NCBI GenBank assembly: GCA_963662285.2
Contig: CAXXMV010000003.1
Location: forward strand, 371,613 to 435,612
Reading direction: 5' to 3'
Origin: a bacterium
Lineage (GTDB): Bacteria > Hinthialibacterota > Hinthialibacteria > Hinthialibacterales > Hinthialibacteraceae
Length of the DNA: 64,000 bases
The notes under the pieces are model-generated. The model did not search any database and was not told the DNA's origin. It saw nothing but the letters and a program-made list of their open reading frames with translations. Numbering within the stretch: position 1 is the first letter of the stretch; every line of letters begins with the position of its first letter. Position numbers and translations under genes: made by a program. Of this stretch, positions 7,849-18,378 are shown piece by piece.

Positions 7849-10389
7849 TTAAAGATGGTTCTTATCATTGTATGGTCCCAAAAACCTCTCTCCATTAAAA
7901 TGGATAAGGTGACTGGGGGAGTCGGCTACCCATACTTCGGTTTCCCAACTGATTTCACTTAAATATTTTGCCATAGTCGGACGATCAGGGAAAGCCGTTA
8001 CATAGACAATACCGGCAGTATTATCCTTAAAAAGTAAAGCCAACTCAGCATGTCGTTTAGCATCAACGGGACCATGACTTGTAACGGATTCTATCAGTAA
8101 CAACCAATTTTTGGATTGCAAGTAGAGTATTACATCAGGGAATTTTCCATGACTATCAAAGCATAAGCCTAAGTTCTTAAAGGTTCTCTTATTGAAATAG
8201 CCCATTTTTGAGCCAGTATCACCAACATAGATCACCTTTGCGCCCGGCGCATACCGTGGCCCGAACTCTGTGATTATTTCTTTGATAAGCTGACTATGCT
8301 TACCAGGTGAAAGAACTAACTCTTTTTCACCATTAATTATTAAAGGAATCATTTGTATATCACGTTCATTGGCGTATTGTGCTGCTAAAGCAGGCCTTTG
8401 TATAAGATAATCCGCAAGTTTTGCATCCCACAATTTTGAACCAAATGTACGGATAAGTTCTAACATATCTGGAGTGATCTGATAACACCATTTTGGGCTG
8501 TTAATCGGACGATTTGGTTGATCTGGATTTGAACAAGCAATTCCTGCATCGATGAATTGATGCATTGTCTGGCGACGAATGGTTTCACGAGTATTAGGTG
8601 CATACTCCTTACCATAATGATCTCTAATATAATCCATGATTGGGGTGATACCCATAAGAGGTTGACTCGCTTTTTTCCAACTAGTATCCGGTTTCAAATC
8701 GACCATCGCTAACAAGGTTAATGCTGACCGTTCATTGATTTGCCCTTTTGGAAGCCCAAGAGCCTTTAGAATAGATAACGTCTTCTTAATTCGCTTCTGT
8801 ATCGACAATGGATTTTGATTCTTCGGTTTTGCCATGTTATCGATTTCCTTATCTAAAATTAGATCAATTTCATCCTGTCCAGGAAAGATGCATGATACAT
8901 ATGCGCCCAGCCGTCTAAGCGTCCTTAAATCAGGGTAATGCAGCATTCTAAGATCAGTTGCATTAACCTGTGTATGTCCTGAAAACTGACGGAAATATAG
9001 ATCTAGCAAGGTTGAATTTAGAAATAATGCCAAACCTTTTGCTATCTCAGGCTCCAAGCCTTGTTTTCGCTGATGGAATACATTCAGATGGTTCTCGAAG
9101 CCTATCTTTTGACCAGGTACTTTATCAGGATTATGAAGTGCAGCGACAATACGCCGATTTTCCTCTTTAGAACTGAATCGGCGAGTAATCACATACCAGC
9201 CGTTTTCCATTAACCAACGGCTACTTTGTTTACTTTCATTGATTGAGTTTGGTTTTTTGCCTTCCTGGTTCGGCCACTCCACATAGTTATTGGAAAAATG
9301 TCCGGGATATACAAGCGGACATGCGCCCTCTTCTGCTACTTGCCTGATATCATCACGAAGACGGAAATCTACTACTGGTCCGGTGCAAACTTCAATGTCG
9401 ATTTCCTTTAATGAATTAGAGAATACACTGATACGATCAATCACCATTTGATCTAGATCGCAGGTGGCAATATGAATAAATAGGTCTGGATCATCCGGTT
9501 TAACCACCTTACTGAATGGTACTTCGCGCTGAGTCATCTCATCGAATTCAAAGCCGCTGCTGGATGTGATAACAACACTGCCTTGCTCTGCACCTTTTAT
9601 CGCATGTAATATGATATTCTCTTGTAGAATGTCATCATCTTTGAATGCTTTATCTCTATCATCGAAAACATGTATATGATTAATCGCCATATTTTTTAGT
9701 AATAGCTCACGGAATGGTCGAAAATACGGGCCATTACAGAAAGAGCGCGGAACAATGGCGACCAGTTCTCCACTAGGGGAGAGCATTTTGATAGCAATTG
9801 CCAAAAATCCGCTATATAGGTTACTTGTTTCGATTCCAATCTGCCTTAACCAAGTACGATAATCTGAATCACTTTTGATTTTTTTATATGGTGGATTCAT
9901 TATACAGTGAGTGAATTGAGGAATTGATTCCTCAAAAAGTCCACCTTTTGTACTAATTTTTTCAACTCCCCATTCAATAAAGTCTATTTGTTTGACTGTT
10001 CCTGAGAAAGAAATACCCATCGATTCGCTGGTGTAAAGGCAATCATCTAAAGTGGTTTTGAGATAGTTTTCCATGAGTGGTTCTAACTCATAGCATTCCG
10101 TATGGATACTATGAGGTTTCACAATTCGTCCGATCATCTCTTGGAAAAAGCAGGCGGTCAGTGTTCCCGTTCCTGCTCCTGGATCGAGCAAAACAATGTC
10201 ATCAGAAGTAGAATTAAAGAGTGATGCCATAAAAGTGGCTACACTTAGAGGAGTAAGATATTGTCCAAGTTCACCTCGAGTCTTTGGATCGAGTTTTTGG
10301 GATATTTCCAGACGGTAAATATCTGATTGTTCTGCGGGTGTAAGCCTATTATGACGTTCTTCTGTTAGAAATAGCGGATTCATTTTCAT
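7849..10389 (-). CDS. Fused N6-adenine DNA methyltransferase and BsuBI/PstI-family restriction endonuclease
   Basis: N-half: LGQYLTP, LDPGAGTG and NPPY (gamma-class MTase). C-half: NERSALTLLA, YAPNTRETIRRQTMHQF, HGKFPDV, IESVTSHGP and ISWETEVW (BsuBI/PstI endonuclease). Confidence 0.85.
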   Translation of the reverse strand: MKMNPLFLTEERHNRLTPAEQSDIYRLEISQKLDPKTRGELGQYLTPLSVATFMASLFNSTSDDIVLLDPGAGTGTLTACFFQEMIGRIVKPHSIHTECYELEPLMENYLKTTLDDCLYTSESMGISFSGTVKQIDFIEWGVEKISTKGGLFEESIPQFTHCIMNPPYKKIKSDSDYRTWLRQIGIETSNLYSGFLAIAIKMLSPSGELVAIVPRSFCNGPYFRPFRELLLKNMAINHIHVFDDRDKAFKDDDILQENIILHAIKGAEQGSVVITSSSGFEFDEMTQREVPFSKVVKPDDPDLFIHIATCDLDQMVIDRISVFSNSLKEIDIEVCTGPVVDFRLRDDIRQVAEEGACPLVYPGHFSNNYVEWPNQEGKKPNSINESKQSSRWLMENGWYVITRRFSSKEENRRIVAALHNPDKVPGQKIGFENHLNVFHQRKQGLEPEIAKGLALFLNSTLLDLYFRQFSGHTQVNATDLRMLHYPDLRTLRRLGAYVSCIFPGQDEIDLILDKEIDNMAKPKNQNPLSIQKRIKKTLSILKALGLPKGQINERSALTLLAMVDLKPDTSWKKASQPLMGITPIMDYIRDHYGKEYAPNTRETIRRQTMHQFIDAGIACSNPDQPNRPINSPKWCYQITPDMLELIRTFGSKLWDAKLADYLIQRPALAAQYANERDIQMIPLIINGEKELVLSPGKHSQLIKEIITEFGPRYAPGAKVIYVGDTGSKMGYFNKRTFKNLGLCFDSHGKFPDVILYLQSKNWLLLIESVTSHGPVDAKRHAELALLFKDNTAGIVYVTAFPDRPTMAKYLSEISWETEVWVADSPSHLIHFNGERFLGPYNDKNHL

Positions 10390-10790
10390 CCTTTAAGCGG
10401 CTAATAGGTTTACAGATTAGCATGGAACTTCGCACAGACATTATAATAAAGAATACTAACGGGAATAAGATATAACCGCATAGAATTTCAATATATCCCA
10501 ATATGAATTATAGACAAATATTCTTCTATTATCAAATCGGCAAACCTAAGTATTTGCAGCATATGTTTAGTTAAGTTTGAGAAAAAGAGGTTATTATTCA
10601 CGTAATCATAAACGAGCATATTTATCAAGAATCAAACTAATTAATTACTATTGATTTTGAAAGTGTGATATGATATTAATAAATAAGTTCAACTGGATAT
10701 CTATCATTAAGTATTGCAGTCAATCGTTAAGGGGCTTGTAGTTTTGGTGGAATCCAGGTTTGCATCATTCGGTAAATACGGAGTATTATA

Positions 10791-11315
10791 ATGAACCACA
10801 GAAGCGCTTTTACCCTTATCGAATTATTAATTGTTGTAGCGATTATCGGAATCCTGGCATCCATTGCAGTGCCGAATTTTCTGAATGCCAACATGAGAGC
10901 CAAGATCGCCCGGATGGAAGCCGATATGAAAGCGCTGGGTGATGCTCTGTTAATGTACCGGATTGATAACAAAACCTATTTTCCTCAAATGGGCGGTAAT
11001 CCCCAGGCGGAATTGCGGCGCTTGACCACTCCAATTACTTATATTAACGCTATACCTGAGGATCCCTACCGGGCCGCCAGTAAAAAATACCAGAGCGTCT
11101 CGAATAACTATGACTATTCCGCCTATGGTCCTGAAAAAGCTAAGAAGGATTGGTTATTGCATGGCCTTGGACCAGATACGGATGAGGATATCGGGGTAGG
11201 TTCCTACGGCCCGAATACTTCTGATCTTTTTAAGAGATTGCTCTATCAACCATCCAATGGCATAGCCAGCAGTGGAGACGTTATTCATACCTCATGGCAC
11301 GGCTTGTCATTTTAG
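10791..11315 (+). CDS. Prepilin-type N-terminal cleavage/methylation domain protein (pseudopilin-like)
   Basis: SA|FTLIELLIVVAIIGILASIAVPNF. Confidence 0.85.
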   Translation: MNHRSAFTLIELLIVVAIIGILASIAVPNFLNANMRAKIARMEADMKALGDALLMYRIDNKTYFPQMGGNPQAELRRLTTPITYINAIPEDPYRAASKKYQSVSNNYDYSAYGPEKAKKDWLLHGLGPDTDEDIGVGSYGPNTSDLFKRLLYQPSNGIASSGDVIHTSWHGLSF

Positions 11316-11408
11316 CATTACAATGATATCAAAGCTAACGAGTTCCAGCATTCAACACAGGTTTAGCATTGGTAAATTAACCGGTACTCTTACCATAATA
11401 ATTCAAGT

Positions 11409-11441
11409 TCCCTCTCCCTCTGGAGAGGGTTAGGGTGAGGG
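11409..11441 (+). repeat. REP-like palindrome family A' (CCCTCTCC...GGAGAGGGTTAGGGTGAGGG)
   Basis: Reverse-complement copies at 20063-20098 and 53898-53929; lies between convergent genes. Confidence 0.75.
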
Positions 11442-11464
11442 TGAAAAAGGAATCGTCAGTTAAT

Positions 11465-11932
11465 TCAATGACATGAGTTACAACCGCGTTTTTCTAAATA
11501 CTGCTGGTGATAATCTTCCGCCGGATAGAATATCGAAGCAGGGGTGATTTCCGTAACTATTTCTTTGTTAAAAGCGTCAGATTGCTGCAGCGCCTCTTTA
11601 GATGATTCCGCTGAGAATTGCTGCGCCGGAGTCAGGAAGAAAATGGCGGATCGATATTGCGTCCCCATATCAGGTCCCTGTTGGTTTAACTGAGTGGGAT
11701 TATGACAAATCCAGAAAATATCAAGCAACGCTTCATAAGTTGTCAGGCTGGGATCGTAAGTCACTTCGACTACTTCAGCATGCCCAGTTTGTCCGCTGCA
11801 CACATCCTGATATGTCGGGTCTGGCTTGGTTCCGCCGCTATATCCGACTTGGGTTGAAACAACGCCGGGCTTATTACGAAACGCTGCTTCCACACCCCAA
11901 AAACATCCTGCCGCAAAAATCGCTTTTTCCAT
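11465..11932 (-). CDS. msrA: Peptide methionine sulfoxide reductase A
   Basis: AAGCFWGVE, GHAEVVEV and AEDYHQQY motifs; likely start MEKAIF at 11932. Confidence 0.95.
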   Translation of the reverse strand: MEKAIFAAGCFWGVEAAFRNKPGVVSTQVGYSGGTKPDPTYQDVCSGQTGHAEVVEVTYDPSLTTYEALLDIFWICHNPTQLNQQGPDMGTQYRSAIFFLTPAQQFSAESSKEALQQSDAFNKEIVTEITPASIFYPAEDYHQQYLEKRGCNSCH

Positions 11933-12125
11933 TTTTCTAATCCTCATTTTTTCATCATAACCTATTTTGTGGTCTTCTTTTGAGCGTCTTCGCCAGTTCT
12001 CTATATCGCCGTTTGACGCAGTATCTACCTCCATCCCCTGGCTGGATGGACCAACGTAAGAAGATATCACTGTTATTCTATTAATTTGTTCATATTTTCT
12101 AAAAGAATGTATTGAGATAGAAAAT

Positions 12126-14552
12126 TTATAAGGCTGACCGGCTAACGATCCCCAAGTCTTTACCTTCCATTGCTTTGGGAGGCTTCAGGCCGAAGTAGCG
12201 CACTACGGTCGGGGCGAAATCCATTATGGAAACGTCATTCTTTTTAATGGGGCGGTTGCAGAAGAATATGCCTGGAACCTGTTCGGCTGCCATGCTGCAA
12301 TGATCTCCGCTCCAGGTTTCCATGTTGTCTTCCACCACATTACCGGGAGAAATCCCGCCCAGACAGGTTTGCCAGGAGACGCGGTATGGCGAATTGAAGC
12401 AGACCTGTAAATCAGGGCAGTCATGTTCGTCGTTGGCGAATGGTCCCGACCAGATTTCATCGCGTCTTTTTACGTAGGCTACGACTGGCGTGTTGTTTCT
12501 ACCTTCGCGGTCATCAACCAGGGTTTCCATTTTTTGGGCGATGTCCTTACATACGGCGTCATACTCTGCGTCTTTGACAATGCCCAGTGGTTCACGCCCT
12601 GCTTTGTTGATGTATATCTGACCTAAGCCCATTGAGTAGGCTTTGGTTTTTTTCCAATCTACGTATTGGAAATATTCTGCATTTTCGCCCTGGAGCAAGA
12701 CTTCCAGTTTGATATTGGTGGCTTGTAATTTAGATACTTTCAATGCCAGGAATCCATTATCCAGCAGCCATTTATTGATATGCACTTGATAGCGGAAGGA
12801 TGAGAAGCCGTGGTCGGACATGACGATCAAAGATGCATCAGGATCATTGCCTAACTTTTCCAACATGCGTCCAACTATCGTATCCATGCGTTTATAAATA
12901 CTTTTTATGACGTCTTTGTATTTCTTGGCCAATACAGGATCGTACATGGGGTGGCCTTCATCAATAAAGCGGTAGAACATGTGAGCCACGCGGTCAGTTT
13001 CGGAGAATACGGAAATAAAGAAGTTATTCTCTGTGCGCTCGAAAGTCTCGAATAATTTTTTCTCACGCTGATTCATTAAATGGTTTAGGTCAGAGATATA
13101 ACCATCTTCGCCGAGGTGACCGTCTTTCAGTCCATGGGTTTCAGAAGCCCAGCCGCGCGTCTTGTACGGTTCGCCCAGCCAATCGGCCAAATCTTTGGAG
13201 AAGCCTTTGGGTTGTGAGATGGGTATAATCGGCTTACGTGGGTCAATATCCGGTGAGGTCATATAGACTTTGAGAGTGTTATCGGTGATTTCCTGTGGAT
13301 AGAAGCGGCAAATGGCTCTGGCTTTGACGAACGACATAATGGGGAATGAGAGAGAGAACCAGTCGCTCCATTGTTTAAGTTTAACCTGCTGGAGGTTATC
13401 TCCGGTTTTGATTTCAACCGTCTCTTTATCTTTGGCGCGGAAATAGACTTTGAGTTTGATTGGTTTACCCATCGTATCTATTTCATCTTTTAGATATTTT
13501 GCATTTTTACGAACCTTTTGAATGTTTATACGAGTCTGGGTTGCTTCAACGCCGTCTTCTTTGATGTAGGATTTTCCCGAAAGCAAAAAATTCTTGACCC
13601 GTTGAATGCGGTTTTCGAACTCTTCCGACTCAAGATATTCCTGATAAGCAATCAGGCTGCATACATTCATGTTTAAGCGATCTAACAAATTCGCTCTTTC
13701 ATCTTGTTTAAAGTTCTTTGGACCCTGTAATGATCCTAAATGCGCCCACCACTCGATTTCTTCGAGCAGTAAGTCAACCCGTTCGATGGATTTTTTGCGT
13801 TTTTCATCATCAACAATAGGATCATAGGGGCCCCAGATATGACCCATCAACCAGTCACCCTCTGGTTTAAGTTCTTCGATCATTCCCCCGAAGGTACTGG
13901 TTTTATCCAATGGCGTCTCGGGATTTTTATCATAAATGAAATGATGGAAAGTGGCTTGAATGCCTCTGATATCTGGTACGCCGAGACCTGATAATGCCCT
14001 CCCGTGGTTTAGTTTAGGAGGCGGGAAGGTGATAGGGACTTCGATCATGCTGCTGCGCACGCCGAATTTGCTGAGAATATCCCAGAATGCTACTCCGCCG
14101 CGCCGACGTAAGGCTTTAGGCATTTTTATTGGAATCATTTTGAAGATAAAACGTGGATGTCCTTTTTTGACGAATGATTCATAGGTCGGGAAATAAGAGC
14201 CGACCGGACGCCGAAGAAAATCGTAGACGCCATGCTGGCCGGGATTCCCGCCAACCGCGAAGCATGACCAGGCTACTGGAGATTCCGGTGGGTAACAGGT
14301 CTGCATTCTTTTGTAGACGCCCATGTTCATCATTTTCGAGAGATTGGGCAATTCAGACATCCATTTTTCGACCAGACGCGGATCGGCGCCATCGAATCCG
14401 AGGATGATCAGACGTTTCTTGGTTTTAAATGCTTTGGGCTTAAATGGATTGAAGAAATAAAAGCAGAAAGCGACGACAACGACGGTTAGAAGGAATTTTC
14501 TACGTAATAATTTCTTAGGTTTATTCACAATTTTAGGTGAAGCGTTATTCAT
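12126..14552 (-). CDS. Alkaline phosphatase superfamily / nucleotide pyrophosphatase-like protein, membrane anchored
   Basis: ILGFDGAD, PPESPVAWS, NPGQHGVYDF, DRVAHMFY, MSDHGF and SGDH motifs; N-terminal TM segment. Confidence 0.8.
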   Translation of the reverse strand: MNNASPKIVNKPKKLLRRKFLLTVVVVAFCFYFFNPFKPKAFKTKKRLIILGFDGADPRLVEKWMSELPNLSKMMNMGVYKRMQTCYPPESPVAWSCFAVGGNPGQHGVYDFLRRPVGSYFPTYESFVKKGHPRFIFKMIPIKMPKALRRRGGVAFWDILSKFGVRSSMIEVPITFPPPKLNHGRALSGLGVPDIRGIQATFHHFIYDKNPETPLDKTSTFGGMIEELKPEGDWLMGHIWGPYDPIVDDEKRKKSIERVDLLLEEIEWWAHLGSLQGPKNFKQDERANLLDRLNMNVCSLIAYQEYLESEEFENRIQRVKNFLLSGKSYIKEDGVEATQTRINIQKVRKNAKYLKDEIDTMGKPIKLKVYFRAKDKETVEIKTGDNLQQVKLKQWSDWFSLSFPIMSFVKARAICRFYPQEITDNTLKVYMTSPDIDPRKPIIPISQPKGFSKDLADWLGEPYKTRGWASETHGLKDGHLGEDGYISDLNHLMNQREKKLFETFERTENNFFISVFSETDRVAHMFYRFIDEGHPMYDPVLAKKYKDVIKSIYKRMDTIVGRMLEKLGNDPDASLIVMSDHGFSSFRYQVHINKWLLDNGFLALKVSKLQATNIKLEVLLQGENAEYFQYVDWKKTKAYSMGLGQIYINKAGREPLGIVKDAEYDAVCKDIAQKMETLVDDREGRNNTPVVAYVKRRDEIWSGPFANDEHDCPDLQVCFNSPYRVSWQTCLGGISPGNVVEDNMETWSGDHCSMAAEQVPGIFFCNRPIKKNDVSIMDFAPTVVRYFGLKPPKAMEGKDLGIVSRSAL

Positions 14553-14565
14553 AACAATCTCTCTT

Positions 14566-15306
14566 TCATAAACTCATGGTGAGTTGTGGAAGAATTTCAC
14601 CTGATTTCCCAGCCAGGTGAATATCGGCGTATGCTGTCAGAGACGTAGTCCCCGGATTAATCTCGATTAATTTTCCTGTTGAACCTTTGCTGCGATTGGC
14701 CCAGTCCATGATGTATCCAAAACTGGCCTCTGTACCTATAACGAAGACGATATCAATATCGCCTTGTGATATAAACGATTCAGTCTGGCTAACCGCATCG
14801 GTATCAATCTGTTCGCCGAACCATACCACATTGGGACGCTCCAAAGCGCCGCAATTGGGGCATTTAGGAGGCAACTCCGGCAATGGCGCCTGCAAGTCTT
14901 CGCGAATGGTATATTCTTTAGTACACCGAACCTCGTATATCTTACCGTGGATATGAGCTAATCTCAACGATCCAGCTCGTTCATGTAGATTATCCACGTT
15001 TTGGGTTAAAAGGAAGAAGCCGTCCTGTTTGGCTTTTTCCATAGCAACGACGGCGAAATGTCCAGGATTGGGGTGGCAGTCTTTGAGTTGAACGCGCCGT
15101 TCATCATACCATTTCCAGACAAATTCGGGATCGTCATTGAAGGCTTCCGGAGTGGCTACTTTATAGGGATCAATCTTGTTCCATAGACCTGTGGCATCAC
15201 GGAATGTGGGTACTCCGCTTTCAGCAGAAATTCCAGCGCCGGTAAGTACTAGTATGCGTTTGGCCTGTTCGACTAAATCCTTGGCGCGTTTGATTGAGTC
15301 ATTCAT
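14566..15306 (-). CDS. cobB: NAD-dependent protein deacylase (sirtuin)
   Basis: GAGISAESGVPTFR, TQNVDNLHERAG, HG and RPNVVWFGE motifs. Confidence 0.9.
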   Translation of the reverse strand: MNDSIKRAKDLVEQAKRILVLTGAGISAESGVPTFRDATGLWNKIDPYKVATPEAFNDDPEFVWKWYDERRVQLKDCHPNPGHFAVVAMEKAKQDGFFLLTQNVDNLHERAGSLRLAHIHGKIYEVRCTKEYTIREDLQAPLPELPPKCPNCGALERPNVVWFGEQIDTDAVSQTESFISQGDIDIVFVIGTEASFGYIMDWANRSKGSTGKLIEINPGTTSLTAYADIHLAGKSGEILPQLTMSL

Positions 15307-15473
15307 TATTTATTCTCCATATAGTGAATCATCGGTCGCTTTGGATAACTGCTTGCAGCATCATTGTTTTATAGTAAACATAGGTTACTATTAACAAAGT
15401 ATGATCTATGCCTGTCATACTGACAAGGTGATAATTCTTGTTATTATTGATAGTTCTATAAAGAAATAATTAA

Positions 15474-16610
15474 ATGGAATTAAAACGCGCAAACCCGCAT
15501 GTCGTAATACTGAACAAAGCATACCCCCCCTGGATTGGCGGTATCGAACGCCATGTCTGTGATATCAGCAAAGAACTGGTAAAGCGTGGATGGAAAGTGA
15601 CCGCATTGGTATGCAACGACTGCAACCAGCTATGCAATGAAACCATAGATGGAGTTGAGGTCATCCGAATGCCTCAGTTAATACGGATTTTCTCTCAACC
15701 AATAGTAACAGGGTACTTAAAACGATTGCAGGAGTTAAAACCTGATCTGGTTCATGTCCATGCGCCGTTTCCCTTGGGATGGGGCGTCGTGAATGCCATA
15801 CCAGAAAAGATTCCGCTTATCTGTACGTGGCATAGCGATATCATCCGGCAGCGTTTTTTGATGCCGTTGCTGGCTTCATTTCAGGATCGTTTTTTAGCTC
15901 GTTGCTCAAAAATTATTGCTACATCACAACCATTGATCCATAATTCTTCCGATTTGAGAAAGTTTTCTGACAAGTGCACTGTTATTCCATTAGCTATTCC
16001 ACCCGGCGACTCGTCTCACGAAGCAGAAATCCTGGAAAAAGCAGCCAAAATAAAGGACAAATGCCCGAAGCCGTTATTTCTTTACGTAGGGAGGCTGGTC
16101 GGATATAAGGGACTTAAATACCTGATCGAAGCCATGCAATCGGTGCAAGGAACTTTGTTGATTGCCGGTGATGGTTTATTTAGAAATAATCTGGAACAAC
16201 TGACCCGTCAACTTAATCTCCAATCACGAGTAAGATTTTTGGGACAGATTTCGGATATTGATAAAAACGCCTTATATCAAGCCGCCGATGTATTCGTGTT
16301 GCCTTCCATTACGGCTAATGAAGCCTTTGGGTATGTGTTGCTGGAATCAATGCAGCGGGGCTGCGCGGTGATATCAACCGATCTGCCGACCGGCGTCAAA
16401 TACGTAAACCGGCATGGCGAATCAGGATTGGTGGTTCCACCAAAAAACGCGCAAGCCCTGGCGAATGCAATGAATCGAATAGTTGGAAATGAAAAACTGC
16501 TGCATGAATTATCTGAAGGCGCCAGAAAACGCGTAGACGATCTATTTAATTTTGATGCGACGGTTGACCAGATTGAGGCGGTTTATGATGAAGCATTGTC
16601 AGCCTCTTGA
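15474..16610 (+). CDS. Glycosyltransferase family 4
   Basis: GGIERH, VGRLVGYKG and EAFGYVLLESM motifs. Confidence 0.9.
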   Translation: MELKRANPHVVILNKAYPPWIGGIERHVCDISKELVKRGWKVTALVCNDCNQLCNETIDGVEVIRMPQLIRIFSQPIVTGYLKRLQELKPDLVHVHAPFPLGWGVVNAIPEKIPLICTWHSDIIRQRFLMPLLASFQDRFLARCSKIIATSQPLIHNSSDLRKFSDKCTVIPLAIPPGDSSHEAEILEKAAKIKDKCPKPLFLYVGRLVGYKGLKYLIEAMQSVQGTLLIAGDGLFRNNLEQLTRQLNLQSRVRFLGQISDIDKNALYQAADVFVLPSITANEAFGYVLLESMQRGCAVISTDLPTGVKYVNRHGESGLVVPPKNAQALANAMNRIVGNEKLLHELSEGARKRVDDLFNFDATVDQIEAVYDEALSAS

Positions 16611-17272
16611 TCAAGACCCGGTTGGCCTGCCAAACGGTCGACTTCCTCAGTAACTCTACGCATCTCTTTTTGCAACCTTAACCTGCATTCCTCTAGAACT
16701 GCTTTATCCGCATTTTCTGGTACATGAATCGCTTCACCAGTAACCAGGAATATTTGTCCGAAGGGCAGGGGAAGCATGAAACGATCCCAACTTTGAAACC
16801 GATGACTGCGGGTGCAGGAAAATCCGGTTGGAATTATGGGAGCGCCGGATAATTTGGCTAACTGAATGACGCCCGCCCGAACTTTTTCCCGCGGACCTTT
16901 TGGTCCATCGGGAGTGACGACGGCGTTGCCGCTATGCTTAAGCCAATGAAGCAAACCCAGCAGACCTTCAGCGCCGTAGCGGGACGCTGAACCGCGAGCT
17001 GAATGAAAGCCGAAACGTTTCATTAATTGGGTGATATATTCACCATCTTTACTATGGCTTACCAGGGCGGCGAGATTTTTGTTGCGAAAATGATATATAG
17101 GAAGCATTAAGCGGCTATGCCATACAGAGAATATGAAGGGATCATTTTTCTTGCTTATGGTTTCCAGCAAATCATTATTAACGCAATGCAGACGATTAGT
17201 ACGGCCAATAAATTGAATCAAAGCCCATGCCGGGAGTGACGCGACAAAAGGAACGAATTTTTTATTTAACAT
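16583..17272 (-). CDS. DUF374 / lysophospholipid acyltransferase family protein
   Basis: WHSR, SHSKDGE, RGSAS, TPDGPKGP and SWDRFMLPLPF motifs. Confidence 0.85.
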   Translation of the reverse strand: MLNKKFVPFVASLPAWALIQFIGRTNRLHCVNNDLLETISKKNDPFIFSVWHSRLMLPIYHFRNKNLAALVSHSKDGEYITQLMKRFGFHSARGSASRYGAEGLLGLLHWLKHSGNAVVTPDGPKGPREKVRAGVIQLAKLSGAPIIPTGFSCTRSHRFQSWDRFMLPLPFGQIFLVTGEAIHVPENADKAVLEECRLRLQKEMRRVTEEVDRLAGQPGLDQEADNASS

Positions 17273-17304
17273 AATTATTCATGTAATCCAAAAAAAGTGG
17301 TTTC

Positions 17305-17447
17305 TATCAACCCTCTCCTAGCCTCTCCCAATCTTGGGAGAGGAATGCTTTCTGCCAGTGTTTAAGATTTTACCGATGCATCAAAGAAACGCTTGATCAA
17401 ACCCAAAATCTCTCTCCCCCAAGTTGAGGGAGAATTTAAGAGGGGGT
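17305..17447. repeat. REP-like family A copy plus a diverged variant
   Basis: CCTCTCCCAATCTTGGGAGAGG inside the copy at 17305-17348; CTCCCCCAAGTTGAGGGAG...GAGGGGG at about 17412-17447. Confidence 0.7.
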
Positions 17448-17498
17448 TGTTTTCCAAACCTCATACTATCAAATCAAAATACTGTATTAAACCAATAA

Positions 17499-18377
17499 TC
17501 ATCTCGCCCGTTTTAGGGTGGTCCATTTAGAAGACGAAAACTGTTCGCCTTTGCGAAAATACCTTGTACGGCGCTGAGTGTCGGCGTCCTTCATTCTAGC
17601 ATCTATATGGACTTCGACTACATCATGCTCATTTCCATTAAACAAGTTCCACATAGTATGCAGCAGTTTAACTTCTTCCAATTTCCAACAAATAGGCGAT
17701 GGATTGTTCCTGGCATCCGGCAGGCTGCGGGGAAACAGGTATAAACATGGCGGGGGCACTCTTCTATTTTGACCGACGGATATCAGACGTGATTGGTCAT
17801 CTTTGGTTTTGGGACAAGGCCGGCCAGCTGTGCCGCAGATCATATCCCAGATAATCAGACCATCCACCAGGTGGCGCTTGTGAATAATCTCAGCGCTGAG
17901 CCGGGTGTGAATGCCTGACCAGGCGTTATGCCTGGGATCTGAGCCGGGATTCTGGCATAACGACCAGATGATGAAACGGTCCGCATGAGGCGGCCTCTCG
18001 AAAATATTGGTATTATTGCCATCCAGACAGCCTTTGGTTTCAATGACGGTCAGACTGTCATCCGGCATTATCACTTCGTAGTCATGCCGTTCTTCACTGC
18101 CGACAAAAGACCACTGCTTGATGCCGCCATCATCCTGCAACTTATTGAAAATAATCTCGACGAAACGTTTTTTACGGATCATTGAAGCGGCTTGAGAACC
18201 ACGCAGCCTTTCTATGGCGCTATGGAAGATGCCGGAATCCCAAAACTCCTGCTCGTTCATGCCATGATCGCCAATGAACGGCGCTGCTTTTTTTAAGGTT
18301 TCGACATAGGTATGAATCTGTTTTTTAGTATCAAGCAGCAATTCGCAGGAGATTATGGGTTTCTTTGAACTTTCCAT
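17499..18377 (-). CDS. Putative type II restriction endonuclease (PD-(D/E)xK-like)
   Basis: Third gene of the vsr-methylase operon, starting 2 nt after the MTase stop; RHDYEV...VIETKGC resembles a nuclease active site. Confidence 0.6.
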   Translation of the reverse strand: MESSKKPIISCELLLDTKKQIHTYVETLKKAAPFIGDHGMNEQEFWDSGIFHSAIERLRGSQAASMIRKKRFVEIIFNKLQDDGGIKQWSFVGSEERHDYEVIMPDDSLTVIETKGCLDGNNTNIFERPPHADRFIIWSLCQNPGSDPRHNAWSGIHTRLSAEIIHKRHLVDGLIIWDMICGTAGRPCPKTKDDQSRLISVGQNRRVPPPCLYLFPRSLPDARNNPSPICWKLEEVKLLHTMWNLFNGNEHDVVEVHIDARMKDADTQRRTRYFRKGEQFSSSKWTTLKRAR

Positions 18378-18378
18378 A

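Noticed and set aside
14566-15306. Sir2 anti-phage effector
   Set aside because: Standalone 246-aa CobB-like deacylase with no defence partner
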